A DNA stretch of 64,000 bases from Abditibacterium sp. Its GTDB lineage: Bacteria > Armatimonadota > Abditibacteriia > Abditibacteriales > Abditibacteriaceae. Of the stretch, positions 28,991 through 38,686 are shown piece by piece. A model generated the notes under the pieces. It made no database searches. It was not told the DNA's origin and saw only the letters and a program-made list of their open reading frames with translations. The position numbers and the translations under genes are program-made. Within the stretch, counting starts at the first letter, position 1. Every line of letters starts with the position of its first letter. The DNA is taken from the NCBI GenBank assembly GCA_965199495.1, contig CBDASK010000003.1, positions 2,304,001 through 2,368,000 on the forward strand. Direction: 5' to 3'.

Positions 28991-29035
28991 GCCACAGAGT
29001 TCGCAGAGAACGCACAGAGGGACACAGAGAACAGA

Positions 29036-29177
29036 TATAGCCCTTCACAGTGGAGAGGCTACAACACCGGCGGGGCTGACGCCCTCTTCCAATCAGCGGA
29101 GTTCCTCGAAAGCGCGCTGATTGGAAGAGGGCGTCAGCCCCGCCGGTGTTGTAGCCTCTCCACTGTGAAGGGCTATA
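29036..29177. repeat. Palindromic MITE-like element, family B (63-bp arms, TATAGCC ends)
   Basis: 29036-29098 is the reverse complement of 29115-29177. Confidence 0.85.
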
Positions 29178-29187
29178 GGATGACCGC

Positions 29188-29344
29188 AGGGGCGCGCCTG
29201 TCATTTCGAGCGCAGCCGAGAAATCTTTCGCCCGCGCGGCAGCGCAGTTCAAGCGATTTTCTCGTTCAGAGTTGCCTGTGACTTCCGCTGGCGCGGGGCC
29301 GCAAGATTTCTCGGCTGCGCTCGAAATGACAGGCGCACACCCCT
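29188..29344. repeat. Palindromic repeat family C (GTCATTTCGAGCGCAGCCGAGAAATCT), copy 1
   Basis: Inverted 27-bp cores 29200-29330; shared with 35494-35625. Confidence 0.85.
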
Positions 29345-29388
29345 AATTTGTTCGCTGCGCGTTCTCCATGAACTCTGTGGCTTATTTT

Positions 29389-32010
29389 TTATTCCGTCGC
29401 GATTTCCCACCAAACCGTTTCATTTTGCGGCTCAATCTCAAACGACAAAACGCCGTTTTTGAGTTGCGAACTTTGAATTTTGCCGAGCGCTCCCGTCGGC
29501 GAAAGTTGAAACACGCGCGCGCGTTTGGCGTTGGTTTTAATCTCTATATTGGCGCGCGGCACCTCGATTTGCGTTGGGCCTTCGCCCCATTTGTCGCCGA
29601 CGCTCGTGCGGTCGGCGTTCCAACCCATATTCTTGTTTTCGGCGCGATTCATCGCCGTCAAGAGCAACGATTTCGATTGTGCAATCGGCGATTTATCGAG
29701 CGCGACCAAAGTGATTGTCGCCCACTGATTCGACGATTTGACATCGGAAACGCGTAGCGCGCCCAGTTGTGTGGGGCCGACCAAAAAGTTGTCTCCGATT
29801 TTTCCGACGACGATTTTCGTTGCGGGCGCGTCCACCGAAATGACGCCGCGTCCGCCGCGAAAATCCCAATTCCACGCGCCGCCGCGTGCGCCGCTTCGTT
29901 CCAGTTTCGGCTCAGTTCCCGACGGAGCCAAACGCAGTTGCACGCGGCTTCCGACTAAATCATCGCGACGCAAACCGCGCGCGCGCCATTCGTCGGTGAT
30001 GATGCTGTTGTAAACGCTCGCGCTGCGGGTTTGTGCCGTCATTTCCAGCAAGCGGTCGCGCGGCACGACTAAAGTCGTCGTGCCCGCGAAGGCAGCCACG
30101 TCGCCGCGAAGGAAAGAACGCGCCATCGAAGGAAAGAACGCCATTTTGTTCGGATCGGAACTCACATCGAAATAATTGCGGATTTTATCGGAATTCCAAT
30201 TGTCGCGGTCGCCGTTGTAATCGAACAAAAAGATGCCGTCCCAATCCTGCGCGGCGGCGTAACTGAAAATTAGCGGAATCGTTTCGCTGGCGTAATCATT
30301 GGGCGCGGCGTGGTTGTATTCGCTGACCGTAAACGGCTTGCCCGCGATGCGATGCGTCGCCAAACTCATCAATGTTCCCGTATCGGCGGCATCAGTCATC
30401 GGCGTGTTGGGAGTATTCCAATTCGACGCGTCCCACGCTTGGCCGGGGAAACTGGGATGCTGCCAATACGCGTGCGAATCCACCCAATCGGTGCGGCTCT
30501 CGCGCGCGATTCCAGCCCACGCGCCATAACTCGCCTGCGAGCAAGTCACCAAACCTTTGTAGCCGAGTTCATTCTTGATGCAATCGGTCATGGTATCCAC
30601 ATAAGATTTTTCGACGGCGGCCAGATAATCCACCCAATCCTGGCCCTGCGTCGGCACGATGTTTTGGCCCGGCAAATCGAAGTTGGCTTTTTCCAGCGAC
30701 CAATCGGGCGCGATGTCGGCGACGATGCCGGGTCGGATTTGCACATCCGACAAATAAACCGCGTCGTTGGCGCCGCCGACGGCGAAAGTGATGCGGTTCA
30801 AATCGGGGTCTAAGCCGCCCGCGCGAAACACGAAATGAAACTCTTGCCATTGCGGCGTAAGTTGGAAAGTCGCCGCGCCATAACGCGTCCACGGATCGCG
30901 ATTGATGCCGACCGAGGCGTTAATTTCGCGCGGCGCATCGGCGCGCGCGCGCAGCGAAACCGTGTAGTTCTGGCCCGCGCGCAACTTCAACTTCGTCTGC
31001 ATCAGTTCCATCTGCCAATCGTTTTCCGGCTTTTTGGTGATGCTAACTTTGAGCGCTTTAACGCCGTTACCGTCCACGGTTCCGACAGCACCTTCCGAAG
31101 CGGCTTGGCGAACCAATTCCCACTGCGCGGTTCCTTCGCTCAAAGCCACGTCGCGCGTGATATTTGCGCCCAACGGTTCGCCTTCCCACGCGCGGCGCAA
31201 CGTGCCATCGTTGGCATAGCGCGCTTTGAGAAATGTGTTCCAACCTTTTTCCAACGTCGCGCGATAAAATGGCGGCAACTTTTGCAGCGATCCGTCGAAG
31301 GCGTGGCCGATTAGGGTGTCTTCATTGTTCAGTTCGACCAGAGCCACGGCGGGGTCGTCGGCCCACTTCTTTCCGGTTTTGGGATTGACATGGCCCAAAA
31401 TCTGGCGCGCGTATTCTTTCTGTTGCGCGATAAATTGCGGCTCGAAATACGCCGTAACCTTACCCATTTCCGGGATTTTGTCGGTGTCGGGAAAACCGTC
31501 GCCGTTCGTCAGCGCGCGCGCGACATGTAAATTGAGGTCAACATAAACACCGTTTTTGCTCAGTTCGCTGACCATATTATCGAGCAAGGCCAGACTGTCG
31601 GCGTCAACGGTTTGGTTTGGCCCTTTTCCTGAATCGTGATCGGCGCCGAAAATTGACGGATTGGCCCAACTCGCATCCATATGATGCAGACGCACGATAT
31701 TAAAGCCATATTTGTGCAAACGCGCCGCGACGGCGGGCGCGTCGGCGGGCCGAGTAAAATTGGCCGTCGCCACGAAGTTGGTGCCGACAAACCGCACGCG
31801 ACGCCCGACTCCATCCACGAAGTGGCCGTCTTGGACGCGGATGCGTTGCGCATCGGTCAAAGGCGCCGGATTCAAATCGCCAACGCTGGTCGAAGTTTTA
31901 GCGTCGTCGTTCCACGGCAACGTGAAAGCGAAATTCTGCGCGTGAACCGGCGCAATCAGCGCGAGGGCGAGCGCGCCCAGGATGGGAATGGGGAACAGTA
32001 AACGCGGCAT
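29389..32010 (-). CDS. Secreted clan GH-A-like glycoside hydrolase with inserted CBM4/9-like domain
   Basis: Signal peptide; NIVRLHH, ELNNED, HAYWQHP, VSEYN; internal LTPQWQEFHFVF domain. Confidence 0.75.
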   Translation of the reverse strand: MPRLLFPIPILGALALALIAPVHAQNFAFTLPWNDDAKTSTSVGDLNPAPLTDAQRIRVQDGHFVDGVGRRVRFVGTNFVATANFTRPADAPAVAARLHKYGFNIVRLHHMDASWANPSIFGADHDSGKGPNQTVDADSLALLDNMVSELSKNGVYVDLNLHVARALTNGDGFPDTDKIPEMGKVTAYFEPQFIAQQKEYARQILGHVNPKTGKKWADDPAVALVELNNEDTLIGHAFDGSLQKLPPFYRATLEKGWNTFLKARYANDGTLRRAWEGEPLGANITRDVALSEGTAQWELVRQAASEGAVGTVDGNGVKALKVSITKKPENDWQMELMQTKLKLRAGQNYTVSLRARADAPREINASVGINRDPWTRYGAATFQLTPQWQEFHFVFRAGGLDPDLNRITFAVGGANDAVYLSDVQIRPGIVADIAPDWSLEKANFDLPGQNIVPTQGQDWVDYLAAVEKSYVDTMTDCIKNELGYKGLVTCSQASYGAWAGIARESRTDWVDSHAYWQHPSFPGQAWDASNWNTPNTPMTDAADTGTLMSLATHRIAGKPFTVSEYNHAAPNDYASETIPLIFSYAAAQDWDGIFLFDYNGDRDNWNSDKIRNYFDVSSDPNKMAFFPSMARSFLRGDVAAFAGTTTLVVPRDRLLEMTAQTRSASVYNSIITDEWRARGLRRDDLVGSRVQLRLAPSGTEPKLERSGARGGAWNWDFRGGRGVISVDAPATKIVVGKIGDNFLVGPTQLGALRVSDVKSSNQWATITLVALDKSPIAQSKSLLLTAMNRAENKNMGWNADRTSVGDKWGEGPTQIEVPRANIEIKTNAKRARVFQLSPTGALGKIQSSQLKNGVLSFEIEPQNETVWWEIATE

Positions 32011-32042
32011 CGGAAAGAGCGTTTAGTTTGACGTGAACCGCG

Positions 32043-32471
32043 TCAATCTTCCATCTGTCCCACCGGAAAATTAATCGCCATTGCGCCTTTGAGCGGGCGA
32101 AACCCAATTTTACGATAGAAGCCTTCGTTGTGCGGTTCGGTCGTCAAAAGCAAAGCGATGTGCGGATCGAATTCGGCGACGATGGATTTCATCAACGCGG
32201 CGCCGATGCCGCGCTTTTGGAAATCGGGATGCGTGGCTAAACCGTGAATCGAGGCGTCCAACTCGCCATCGGAAAACGCGTAAACGCCGCCGACGATTTC
32301 TCCGTCCCACAACGCGATGCGCGTGGCCCATGAACGCTCGAAGATCGTGCGAATCCGTTCCTCGCTAATGGTGCTGCCATAAGCCGCGCGATAAACCTCG
32401 GCTAATTTTTCCCAATTGACGGCGTCGGTATCGGTTTGAATCGTTAAAGAGCAATGGATGGCAACCTTCAT
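32043..32471 (-). CDS. GNAT family N-acetyltransferase
   Basis: HPDFQKRGIGAALM, GFYRKIGF; ATGA overlap with the upstream gene. Confidence 0.88.
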   Translation of the reverse strand: MKVAIHCSLTIQTDTDAVNWEKLAEVYRAAYGSTISEERIRTIFERSWATRIALWDGEIVGGVYAFSDGELDASIHGLATHPDFQKRGIGAALMKSIVAEFDPHIALLLTTEPHNEGFYRKIGFRPLKGAMAINFPVGQMED

Positions 32472-33604
32472 TTGGCCGCGACTTTCAGCACATAAGGTGC
32501 CGCGAAACTCTGCTCGCCGCGCGTGTAATTGAACCAGATTTTCCACTCGCCCGGCACGTCAAACGTCATTTCGGGAGCCGAACCGATGCCATGCACAAGC
32601 GTAGAATTGTCGGGCGCAATCGCGACGATTTCGGGGTTTTCGATGGACGACTTGTCAGAAAGCCCCCATTGTAATTTCGTCTTTTGTCCCACTTTGGCTT
32701 CTGGCCGCGACATTCCTTGGGTTTTTAAACCGCTAAAAAAGACGACTTGTAAAGTTGCTTGCCCCTTATTGTTGTTGGCCATAGCCATATCGCTTCCTTC
32801 GGGCGGCGTTGGAAGCACAGATATATATTTGCTCATATCTGGAATTGGAGCAACTTTTCCAATCGCCGTGAAATTCCAGTAACCGACTTCGCGCGGCAAA
32901 TTGTAACTCGCGCGGCGCGTCATCAATTCGCCCATTGACAAATCTTCGTTTTGCGCGACCGCCGGTTGATATTCCAGCCACAGCGTATAATCGCCCGGAC
33001 GCGGCAACGTCCAGTCGGTGTAAAACGAGCCGTATTGTTTATACGTTGGCTTCTGCGGCAGGAAAACCGTGCCGTCTTTGGAGATAATCCAACCGTTCAT
33101 CAAAACCTGCGTGTTATTGATTTTGGTGTCCGGTTGCTGCGGCAACTGCGCGTAGTGTTTCCATTCTTGGCGCAACCCATCGGGTTTGTCTTTGATGTCG
33201 AAAACTTTGATGTCCCAGAACGACTGTTCGCCCGCTTTGACGGGATAAGTGAACGGTTTCGCGCGCACTTTGGTTTTGACCGGCCCAATCAAAGTTTGTG
33301 CTTTGATGAGTTTGAGCGCGGCGGGCGATGGTGGGTTATGCGGCTCGCAACCAGCCACGGCGAGGAGCAATAGCGCGAATCCCATTTTATGAACTGTCTT
33401 AAAACGCCTCACACCCCCTCTGTCCTTCGGACATCTCCCCCTCCGAAAGGGGGAGAACGCGCACTGACCGTTCATTGCTCGCGTTTGTTGTGGCGAAGTC
33501 GAGGGTTTGAGCGCCTCTCCCCCTTTCGGAGGGGGAGATGTCCGAAGGACAGAGGGGGTGTGAGGCGTTTTAAGACAGTTCATAAATGGATAAGACTGCA
33601 TCAT
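32468..33604 (-). CDS. Lipoprotein carrying an in-frame MITE in its signal peptide (alternative start 33385)
   Basis: Lipobox LLLLAVAG-C; ATG 2 bp after the mltG stop; ORF open through the element. Confidence 0.7.
   Translation of the reverse strand: MMQSYPFMNCLKTPHTPSVLRTSPPPKGGEALKPSTSPQQTRAMNGQCAFSPFRRGRCPKDRGGVRRFKTVHKMGFALLLLAVAGCEPHNPPSPAALKLIKAQTLIGPVKTKVRAKPFTYPVKAGEQSFWDIKVFDIKDKPDGLRQEWKHYAQLPQQPDTKINNTQVLMNGWIISKDGTVFLPQKPTYKQYGSFYTDWTLPRPGDYTLWLEYQPAVAQNEDLSMGELMTRRASYNLPREVGYWNFTAIGKVAPIPDMSKYISVLPTPPEGSDMAMANNNKGQATLQVVFFSGLKTQGMSRPEAKVGQKTKLQWGLSDKSSIENPEIVAIAPDNSTLVHGIGSAPEMTFDVPGEWKIWFNYTRGEQSFAAPYVLKVAAK
33390..33582. mobile_element. 193-bp palindromic MITE with TA target duplication
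   Basis: Ends TGAACTGTCTTAAAACG/CGTTTTAAGACAGTTCA, about 60-bp arms, TA on both sides. Confidence 0.8.
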
Positions 33605-33606
33605 TG

Positions 33607-34926
33607 CTAATTCTTCGCTTGCTCGATTTCATCGCGTTCGCGGCGCGCGATGGCGACGTTATGTTTGTGGCCCTCGAAATCGTTGGCGAAAATATGTTTT
33701 TTCAGTTTGGGCGAATACACATAAAACAGCGCCAGAGTTTTGGCCGGGCGCGCCGCCGCCATCAGCGCGTCTTCGCCGGGATTGCAAATCGGCGTCGGCG
33801 GCAAACCGTCGTGGAGATAGGTATTGAACGGCGACTCAAACTTGTAATCTTTGAAATACAAACGCGTTTTATGGTCTTTATCGGCCAGAATGCGCGCGTA
33901 TTGCACGCTGGCGTCAATTTGCAAACGCATGCCCTTTTCCAGTCGGTTCATCATCACGCCCGCAACGATGGGCATCTCGGTTTTAAGATTCGATTCGCGT
34001 TCGACTAAGGAAGCGATGGTAACGATTTCGCCTTTGGTGAGCGGCACGCCTTTGACCGAGGGCAACGGTTCGGGCAGTTTTTTCATCATTTCCGCGAACC
34101 CTTGCTGCATCTGCGCGATCAAGGTTTTGCCGTCGGCTTTGAGCGGCATCCAGTAGGTGCCGGGCGCCAATTGCCCTTCGTAGGGCGAAAAACCCTGATC
34201 GGGATAAATCAGTTTTTCCATTTCGTCGGCGCCCGCGAAACCCTCGCTTTTCAGGCGCGCCGCGATTTGCAAACCGGTGAAACCGGGCGGGAAAACGGCT
34301 TTTTCGTCGGTCGGCCCGGCCTTGAAAATCTGCGCCAGATCGCGCGGCCCGGCGCGGTCGGGCAGGGCATAGCCGCCGGGCGTGACGTTGGTCAAATTGA
34401 CTTCTTTGGCCGCCTGAATAAAAGCGTCGGCATCGCGCACTTTGTCGGATTTTTGGAGTTTTTGCGCCAATGTCGCGGCGCCCCAATCGGTCGGCACGAA
34501 CGCCATTTTGTCGGGCATCGCAATCGGCGCCCAACGCCGTGCTTCTTTGGCGTCGGCCTTCATTTTGAGATAAAGCCCGCCGCCGCCAACGCCCAGAATC
34601 AGAATCAAACCAACCAGGATCGCGGGCCAGCGCGAGCCGCGTGGCTCGACGTAACCCGCGACGATATGTTCGTCGGGCGCGTCTTTGCCGTCTGCGCTCT
34701 CGTCCGGCGTGGCTGTTAGCGGCGCGGGTTGGCTAAAATCGGCGGCGTCCGCGATTTTCTCGTCGAAAACCGTGGGTTCAGAGGTGCGATTGGTGAGCTG
34801 ACTTAAATCGGTGCTGGCCAAATCCCCATCGCTGGCGGGCGGCGAGTCGTCCGTTGTTGGCGCGCTGTTTTCGGGTGGCAACGGTTCGGGCGTGGCGTCG
34901 GGCGACGAATGGGACGGGGTGTTCAC
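33607..34926 (-). CDS. mltG: Endolytic transglycosylase MltG with acidic N-terminal extension
   Basis: TIASLVERE, NRLEKGMRLQIDASVQY, SPFNTY..DGLPPTPICNPG. Confidence 0.9.
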   Translation of the reverse strand: MNTPSHSSPDATPEPLPPENSAPTTDDSPPASDGDLASTDLSQLTNRTSEPTVFDEKIADAADFSQPAPLTATPDESADGKDAPDEHIVAGYVEPRGSRWPAILVGLILILGVGGGGLYLKMKADAKEARRWAPIAMPDKMAFVPTDWGAATLAQKLQKSDKVRDADAFIQAAKEVNLTNVTPGGYALPDRAGPRDLAQIFKAGPTDEKAVFPPGFTGLQIAARLKSEGFAGADEMEKLIYPDQGFSPYEGQLAPGTYWMPLKADGKTLIAQMQQGFAEMMKKLPEPLPSVKGVPLTKGEIVTIASLVERESNLKTEMPIVAGVMMNRLEKGMRLQIDASVQYARILADKDHKTRLYFKDYKFESPFNTYLHDGLPPTPICNPGEDALMAAARPAKTLALFYVYSPKLKKHIFANDFEGHKHNVAIARRERDEIEQAKN

Positions 34927-34957
34927 GGTGAGTCAAAAATTTGGGAGCGCGGCATTT

Positions 34958-35443
34958 TCAATGGCCCAACGCTTCGCGACTATTGGGTTCGTCGTGGGAA
35001 GACGCCTCAGTTTGGCGCGCATCGAGAAAAGTCTGCAATAGCGAAGCCGCCGCTCCCGCGTCAAGTAAGCCTTCTTCGCGCGCGCGCCGCGAAGAAACGC
35101 CCGTCGCGCGCAGGCCGCGCGCCGCTAACGCGCTCGAATAACGCTCGTCGGCGCGATGAAATTCCAAACTTAATCCGGTTTCAATCGCCGCGCTTTCCAA
35201 TTTCTCGGCGAAACGCCGCGCCGCGTCGGAAGTTTGCTGGCTCGAATCCGATCCGGCGGGCGCGCCCATCACGATGCCGCCGATTTCGCGGGCGCGCACC
35301 AAACTCAAAATCGCCGCGATGTCGCCGCGATTGTCATTGACGCGCCGCGTATGCGTGCCATGAGGCAACGCCAGCCTGTCGGCCTCGTCGGCGATGGCGA
35401 AACCAAGGCGGCGCGCGCCGTAATCAATGGCGAGAAATTTCAT
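34958..35443 (-). CDS. ruvX: RuvX/YqgF pre-16S rRNA nuclease
   Basis: LAIDYGARRLGFA, DERYSS, LDAGAAASLLQ. Confidence 0.88.
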   Translation of the reverse strand: MKFLAIDYGARRLGFAIADEADRLALPHGTHTRRVNDNRGDIAAILSLVRAREIGGIVMGAPAGSDSSQQTSDAARRFAEKLESAAIETGLSLEFHRADERYSSALAARGLRATGVSSRRAREEGLLDAGAAASLLQTFLDARQTEASSHDEPNSREALGH

Positions 35444-35457
35444 TTTGGTCGTCAAAT

Positions 35458-35661
35458 GTCAGTTTTTCAGGATCAGGGGCGTTGCTTGCAGTTGTCATTT
35501 CGAGCGCAGCCGAGAAATCTGTCGCCCGTGCGGCAGCGCAAATGAAAGTGCTCGTGACGTTCCAGAAAGCCTATGACTTCCGCTGGCGCGGGGCCGCAAG
35601 ATTTCTCGGCTGCGCTCGAAATGACAACTGCAAGCAACGCCCTTGATCCTGAAAAACTGAC
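35458..35661. repeat. Family C palindrome, copy 2, with extended outer arms
   Basis: Cores 35494-35625 plus GTCAGTTTTTCAGGATCA/TGATCCTGAAAAACTGAC flanks. Confidence 0.85.
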
Positions 35662-35665
35662 GCCT

Positions 35666-36736
35666 TTAAGCATCTCCGACAGTTTCCAACTCCAACATTT
35701 CGGTGCGGCGCGTTTGCACGAGGGCATCAATCAACTCGCCGATTTCGCCGCCCATCAGACGGTCGAGCGAATTGCTTTTCCAGTTGATGCGATGGTCGGT
35801 TAGACGGTTTTCGGGAAAGTTATACGTGCGAATTTTGTCGCTGCGGTCGCCGCCCTTGACCTGCGCTTTGCGCGCCGAATCGCGCTCGTCAGCCAAGCGC
35901 TGGCGCTCGGCTTCGTATAATCTGGAGCGCAAAACCAGCATCGCTTTTTCTTTGTTCTGGCGCAAGCTGCGTTCGTCCTGACAAATAACGACCAAACCCG
36001 TCGGTTTATGCGTCAATCGGATGGCGGTTTCATTTTTCTGCACGCTCTGTCCGCCCGCGCCCGCCGCGCGCATCGTATCAATTTGAATATCGCTTTCGTC
36101 CAACTCGATGTCCACTTCTTCGGCTTCGGGTAGCACTGCCACCGACGCGGCGGATGTGTGAATGCGGCCTTTTTGTTCGGTCGCGGGCACGCGTTGCACG
36201 CGATGCACGCCGCTTTCGGTTTGCAACGCTTCCCACGCGCCCGCGCCGATAATCGAAAACACGACCTCTTTCAAACCGCCCATCTCGGCTTCGGATGTCG
36301 AAATGGATTCGACTTTCCAGCCGCGCACTTCGGCGAGTTTGAGATACATCCGATACAAATCGCCCGCCCACAGCGCGGCTTCTTCGCCGCCCGCGCCGCC
36401 GCGAATCTCGACGATGACGTTGCGGTCGGCGTCTTCGTCGCGCGGCAACAAAGCCTGTTCGAGTTCAACGATTTTCGCTTCGAGTTGCGGTTCCAGCTCG
36501 GCGATTTCTTCGTGCGCGAGTTCGCCCATTTCGGCGTCTTCGGCCATCAAACGCGCTTCATCCAGAGCGGTTTGAATCGCTTCGATTTGGCGAAAAATGC
36601 GCGCAATAGGTTCGATTTTGGCGCGCTCGCGACTGATGCGAGTGACGGCATCGCTATCGCCGAAAACTTCGGGCTGGGCGAGTTGATTGGTTAAATCGTC
36701 GAAATGTTCGGCGACAAGTTTGGCTTTTTCTAACAT
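35666..36736 (-). CDS. prfA: Peptide chain release factor 1
   Basis: [22 protein letters not shown] (PxT), [15 protein letters not shown]. Confidence 0.95.
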   Translation of the reverse strand: MLEKAKLVAEHFDDLTNQLAQPEVFGDSDAVTRISRERAKIEPIARIFRQIEAIQTALDEARLMAEDAEMGELAHEEIAELEPQLEAKIVELEQALLPRDEDADRNVIVEIRGGAGGEEAALWAGDLYRMYLKLAEVRGWKVESISTSEAEMGGLKEVVFSIIGAGAWEALQTESGVHRVQRVPATEQKGRIHTSAASVAVLPEAEEVDIELDESDIQIDTMRAAGAGGQSVQKNETAIRLTHKPTGLVVICQDERSLRQNKEKAMLVLRSRLYEAERQRLADERDSARKAQVKGGDRSDKIRTYNFPENRLTDHRINWKSNSLDRLMGGEIGELIDALVQTRRTEMLELETVGDA

Positions 36737-36742
36737 GATTTT

Positions 36743-36875
36743 TTAGCCACAGAGTTCACAGAGAAACACAGAGAGAGAATAAGAACAATAAAATAGTGTA
36801 GAAGTTACTTTTAATTTTCACTCACCTTAGTTTCTCTGTGTTTCTCTGTGCGTCCTCCGTGAACTCTGTGGCTAA
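36743..36875. repeat. Family A palindrome, copy 3
   Basis: TTAGCCACAGAGTTCAC...GTGAACTCTGTGGCTAA. Confidence 0.8.
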
Positions 36876-36882
36876 TGAGATT

Positions 36883-37965
36883 TTATTTTTTGGCTTCGAC
36901 TTCCTCTTCTTTGTTCAACAACACACGCATCGCTTCGCACGCGACTTCCAACTGGTCGTCGCTCGGCTCTTCGGTCGTCAATCGTTGCAACCACATTCCG
37001 GGTTTGACCACGATCATCGCCAAGCCCGACAAACGTGGGTTGACGGTTGATTTGATGATTTCATACGAAATGCCCGCGACAACAGGCAACAGCAACAAGC
37101 GCAGTCCGATGCGGGCGACGTGGCTGTCGCCCCACGGCAGAAACGCAAAGCAAATCACCGAAACGAAAACCGTAATTAAAGCGAACCCGGTTCCGCAACG
37201 CGGATGCGGTGTATCGAACGGGCGCGCGCCTGCGGGCGTGAGCGGGCGTCCGTTTTCGACGGCGTAAACGACTTTATGCTCGGCGCCGTGATACTCGAAA
37301 ACCCGCTTGATATTCTTGCGCCGCCCAATGATGAAAACGTAGCCGATGAAAATCGCCAGTTTGACCAAACCTTCGATTCCATTCAGCGCGAGCCGATTTT
37401 TGCCCAATAACGGCTCGAATATCCAATCAGTCAACAAATTTGGCAGCGCCACGAACAGAGCCACGCCGACGCCCAGCGAACCTAAAATCGTCAGCAGGAA
37501 TAACCAAATTGGCAACGCCTTTTTGTCGGGCGCGGTTTGCGTTTCGATTTCCTGCGACGGCGGATGCGTCGTCGTTACCGGCTCGGCAATCGCGACGTTA
37601 CCTCCGTCGCGTTCGGGTTGAACGGTATGCGTCTGTTCTTCCAAAACGACGGCGCCCGTCAACGGCTCGCGCACGGTAAGCGCGGCTTCGCCCGCTTTCT
37701 TTTTGCCTTCGTCTTGCAACGCCAACTCGCTCGACCAATTCAGGTAACCCATGCCCAGCGCGAGCATTTCAAACAACGCGATGATGCCGCGCACAAACGG
37801 AATGTTGAGAAACGGTTTGCGCTTGAGAATCGAATCGAACGGTTCGACACGCGACTGAATCTGGCCGTTAGAGCGCCGCACGGCGGCGCCGACGTGCGTC
37901 GGCCCGCGCATCATCACACCTTCGATGAGCGCTTGCCCGCCCAACTGAAATGGAGTTTTGGCCAT
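36883..37965 (-). CDS. DUF1385 family membrane protein
   Basis: GGQALIEGVMM, FEYHGAEHK, HPRCGT, LQRLTTEEP. Confidence 0.9.
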   Translation of the reverse strand: MAKTPFQLGGQALIEGVMMRGPTHVGAAVRRSNGQIQSRVEPFDSILKRKPFLNIPFVRGIIALFEMLALGMGYLNWSSELALQDEGKKKAGEAALTVREPLTGAVVLEEQTHTVQPERDGGNVAIAEPVTTTHPPSQEIETQTAPDKKALPIWLFLLTILGSLGVGVALFVALPNLLTDWIFEPLLGKNRLALNGIEGLVKLAIFIGYVFIIGRRKNIKRVFEYHGAEHKVVYAVENGRPLTPAGARPFDTPHPRCGTGFALITVFVSVICFAFLPWGDSHVARIGLRLLLLPVVAGISYEIIKSTVNPRLSGLAMIVVKPGMWLQRLTTEEPSDDQLEVACEAMRVLLNKEEEVEAKK

Positions 37966-38038
37966 AGAATGCAAAAAAGAGCGGAATCCGAGCCGCAAAA
38001 TGAATTGCGACCCTAATTCCGCTCTTTGGGAGTTGTGG

Positions 38039-38275
38039 CTAACGGCGTCCGCTTTTGGGAGCGGGCTTGCCTTCGCCGTCGCCGCGACGCTGGTTGAAGC
38101 GATCAACGCGCCCGGCGGTGTCAACGATGCGCTTTTTGCCGGTGTAAAACGGATGGCAATTGGAGCACAAATCGAGACGCATTTGGGGCACGGTCGCGTG
38201 GGTGGTGACTTCGGTTCCGCAGGAGGTGCAAGCGATGTTGCTCTCCATGTAATCGGGGTGGATTTCTGGTTTCAT
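38039..38275 (-). CDS. rpmE: 50S ribosomal protein L31, zinc-binding type
   Basis: MKPEIHPDY, CTSC, CSNCHPFYTGK, GRVDRF. Confidence 0.95.
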   Translation of the reverse strand: MKPEIHPDYMESNIACTSCGTEVTTHATVPQMRLDLCSNCHPFYTGKKRIVDTAGRVDRFNQRRGDGEGKPAPKSGRR

Positions 38276-38686
38276 GTTGTGTTTTTGGACGTTCAGGGCG
38301 GCGAGGGCTTTTGATGAGGCGGGCACCCCTGTGGTCTGACAGTTCCCTTATGGCGTCCTATTTAGTGGTTTTTTACGTTCAATTAACGTGTCAGCACGGA
38401 TTATACAGACGTCATTTTACCCTTTTACGTTCCGCATTGGCAAGGCGCTGAAATGATTACGACTGCGTTCTCTGCCAAGAAATCGCCTGACGTTCACGAA
38501 GCGCACTTAACCGCTCTTGAGAAAATTTGGGTCGGAGAAATTCCGCTGTTTTTGCGATTTTATTTCGCCAATTGCGCGAATTGCGTTAAAATACAATGAT
38601 GTTGTTTGGGGCGAAATTTGCTGCTTTCAACAGCTTATGAACTTTTATCAAAACGGGCTTTGCTTTCATTATTCGGCGGTGACGCG

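Larger units (their letters stand above)
28991..29381. repeat. Family A palindrome, copy 2, enclosing two other palindromic elements
   Basis: Left arm GCCACAGAGTTCGCAGAGAACGC, right arm GCGTTCTCCATGAACTCTGTGGC. Confidence 0.8.

Noticed and set aside
33389..33610. Small ORFs inside palindromes (33389..33610, 13695..13910, 13958..14263, 35473..35730, 35573..35803)
   Set aside because: Mirror-image peptides on both strands are a product of the inverted repeats.
38300..38686. ZTP (pfl) or purine riboswitch near purN/purH
   Set aside because: Only a fragment (ACCACAGGGG...GCCCGCCT) is present, on the rpmE strand, without the other conserved elements.
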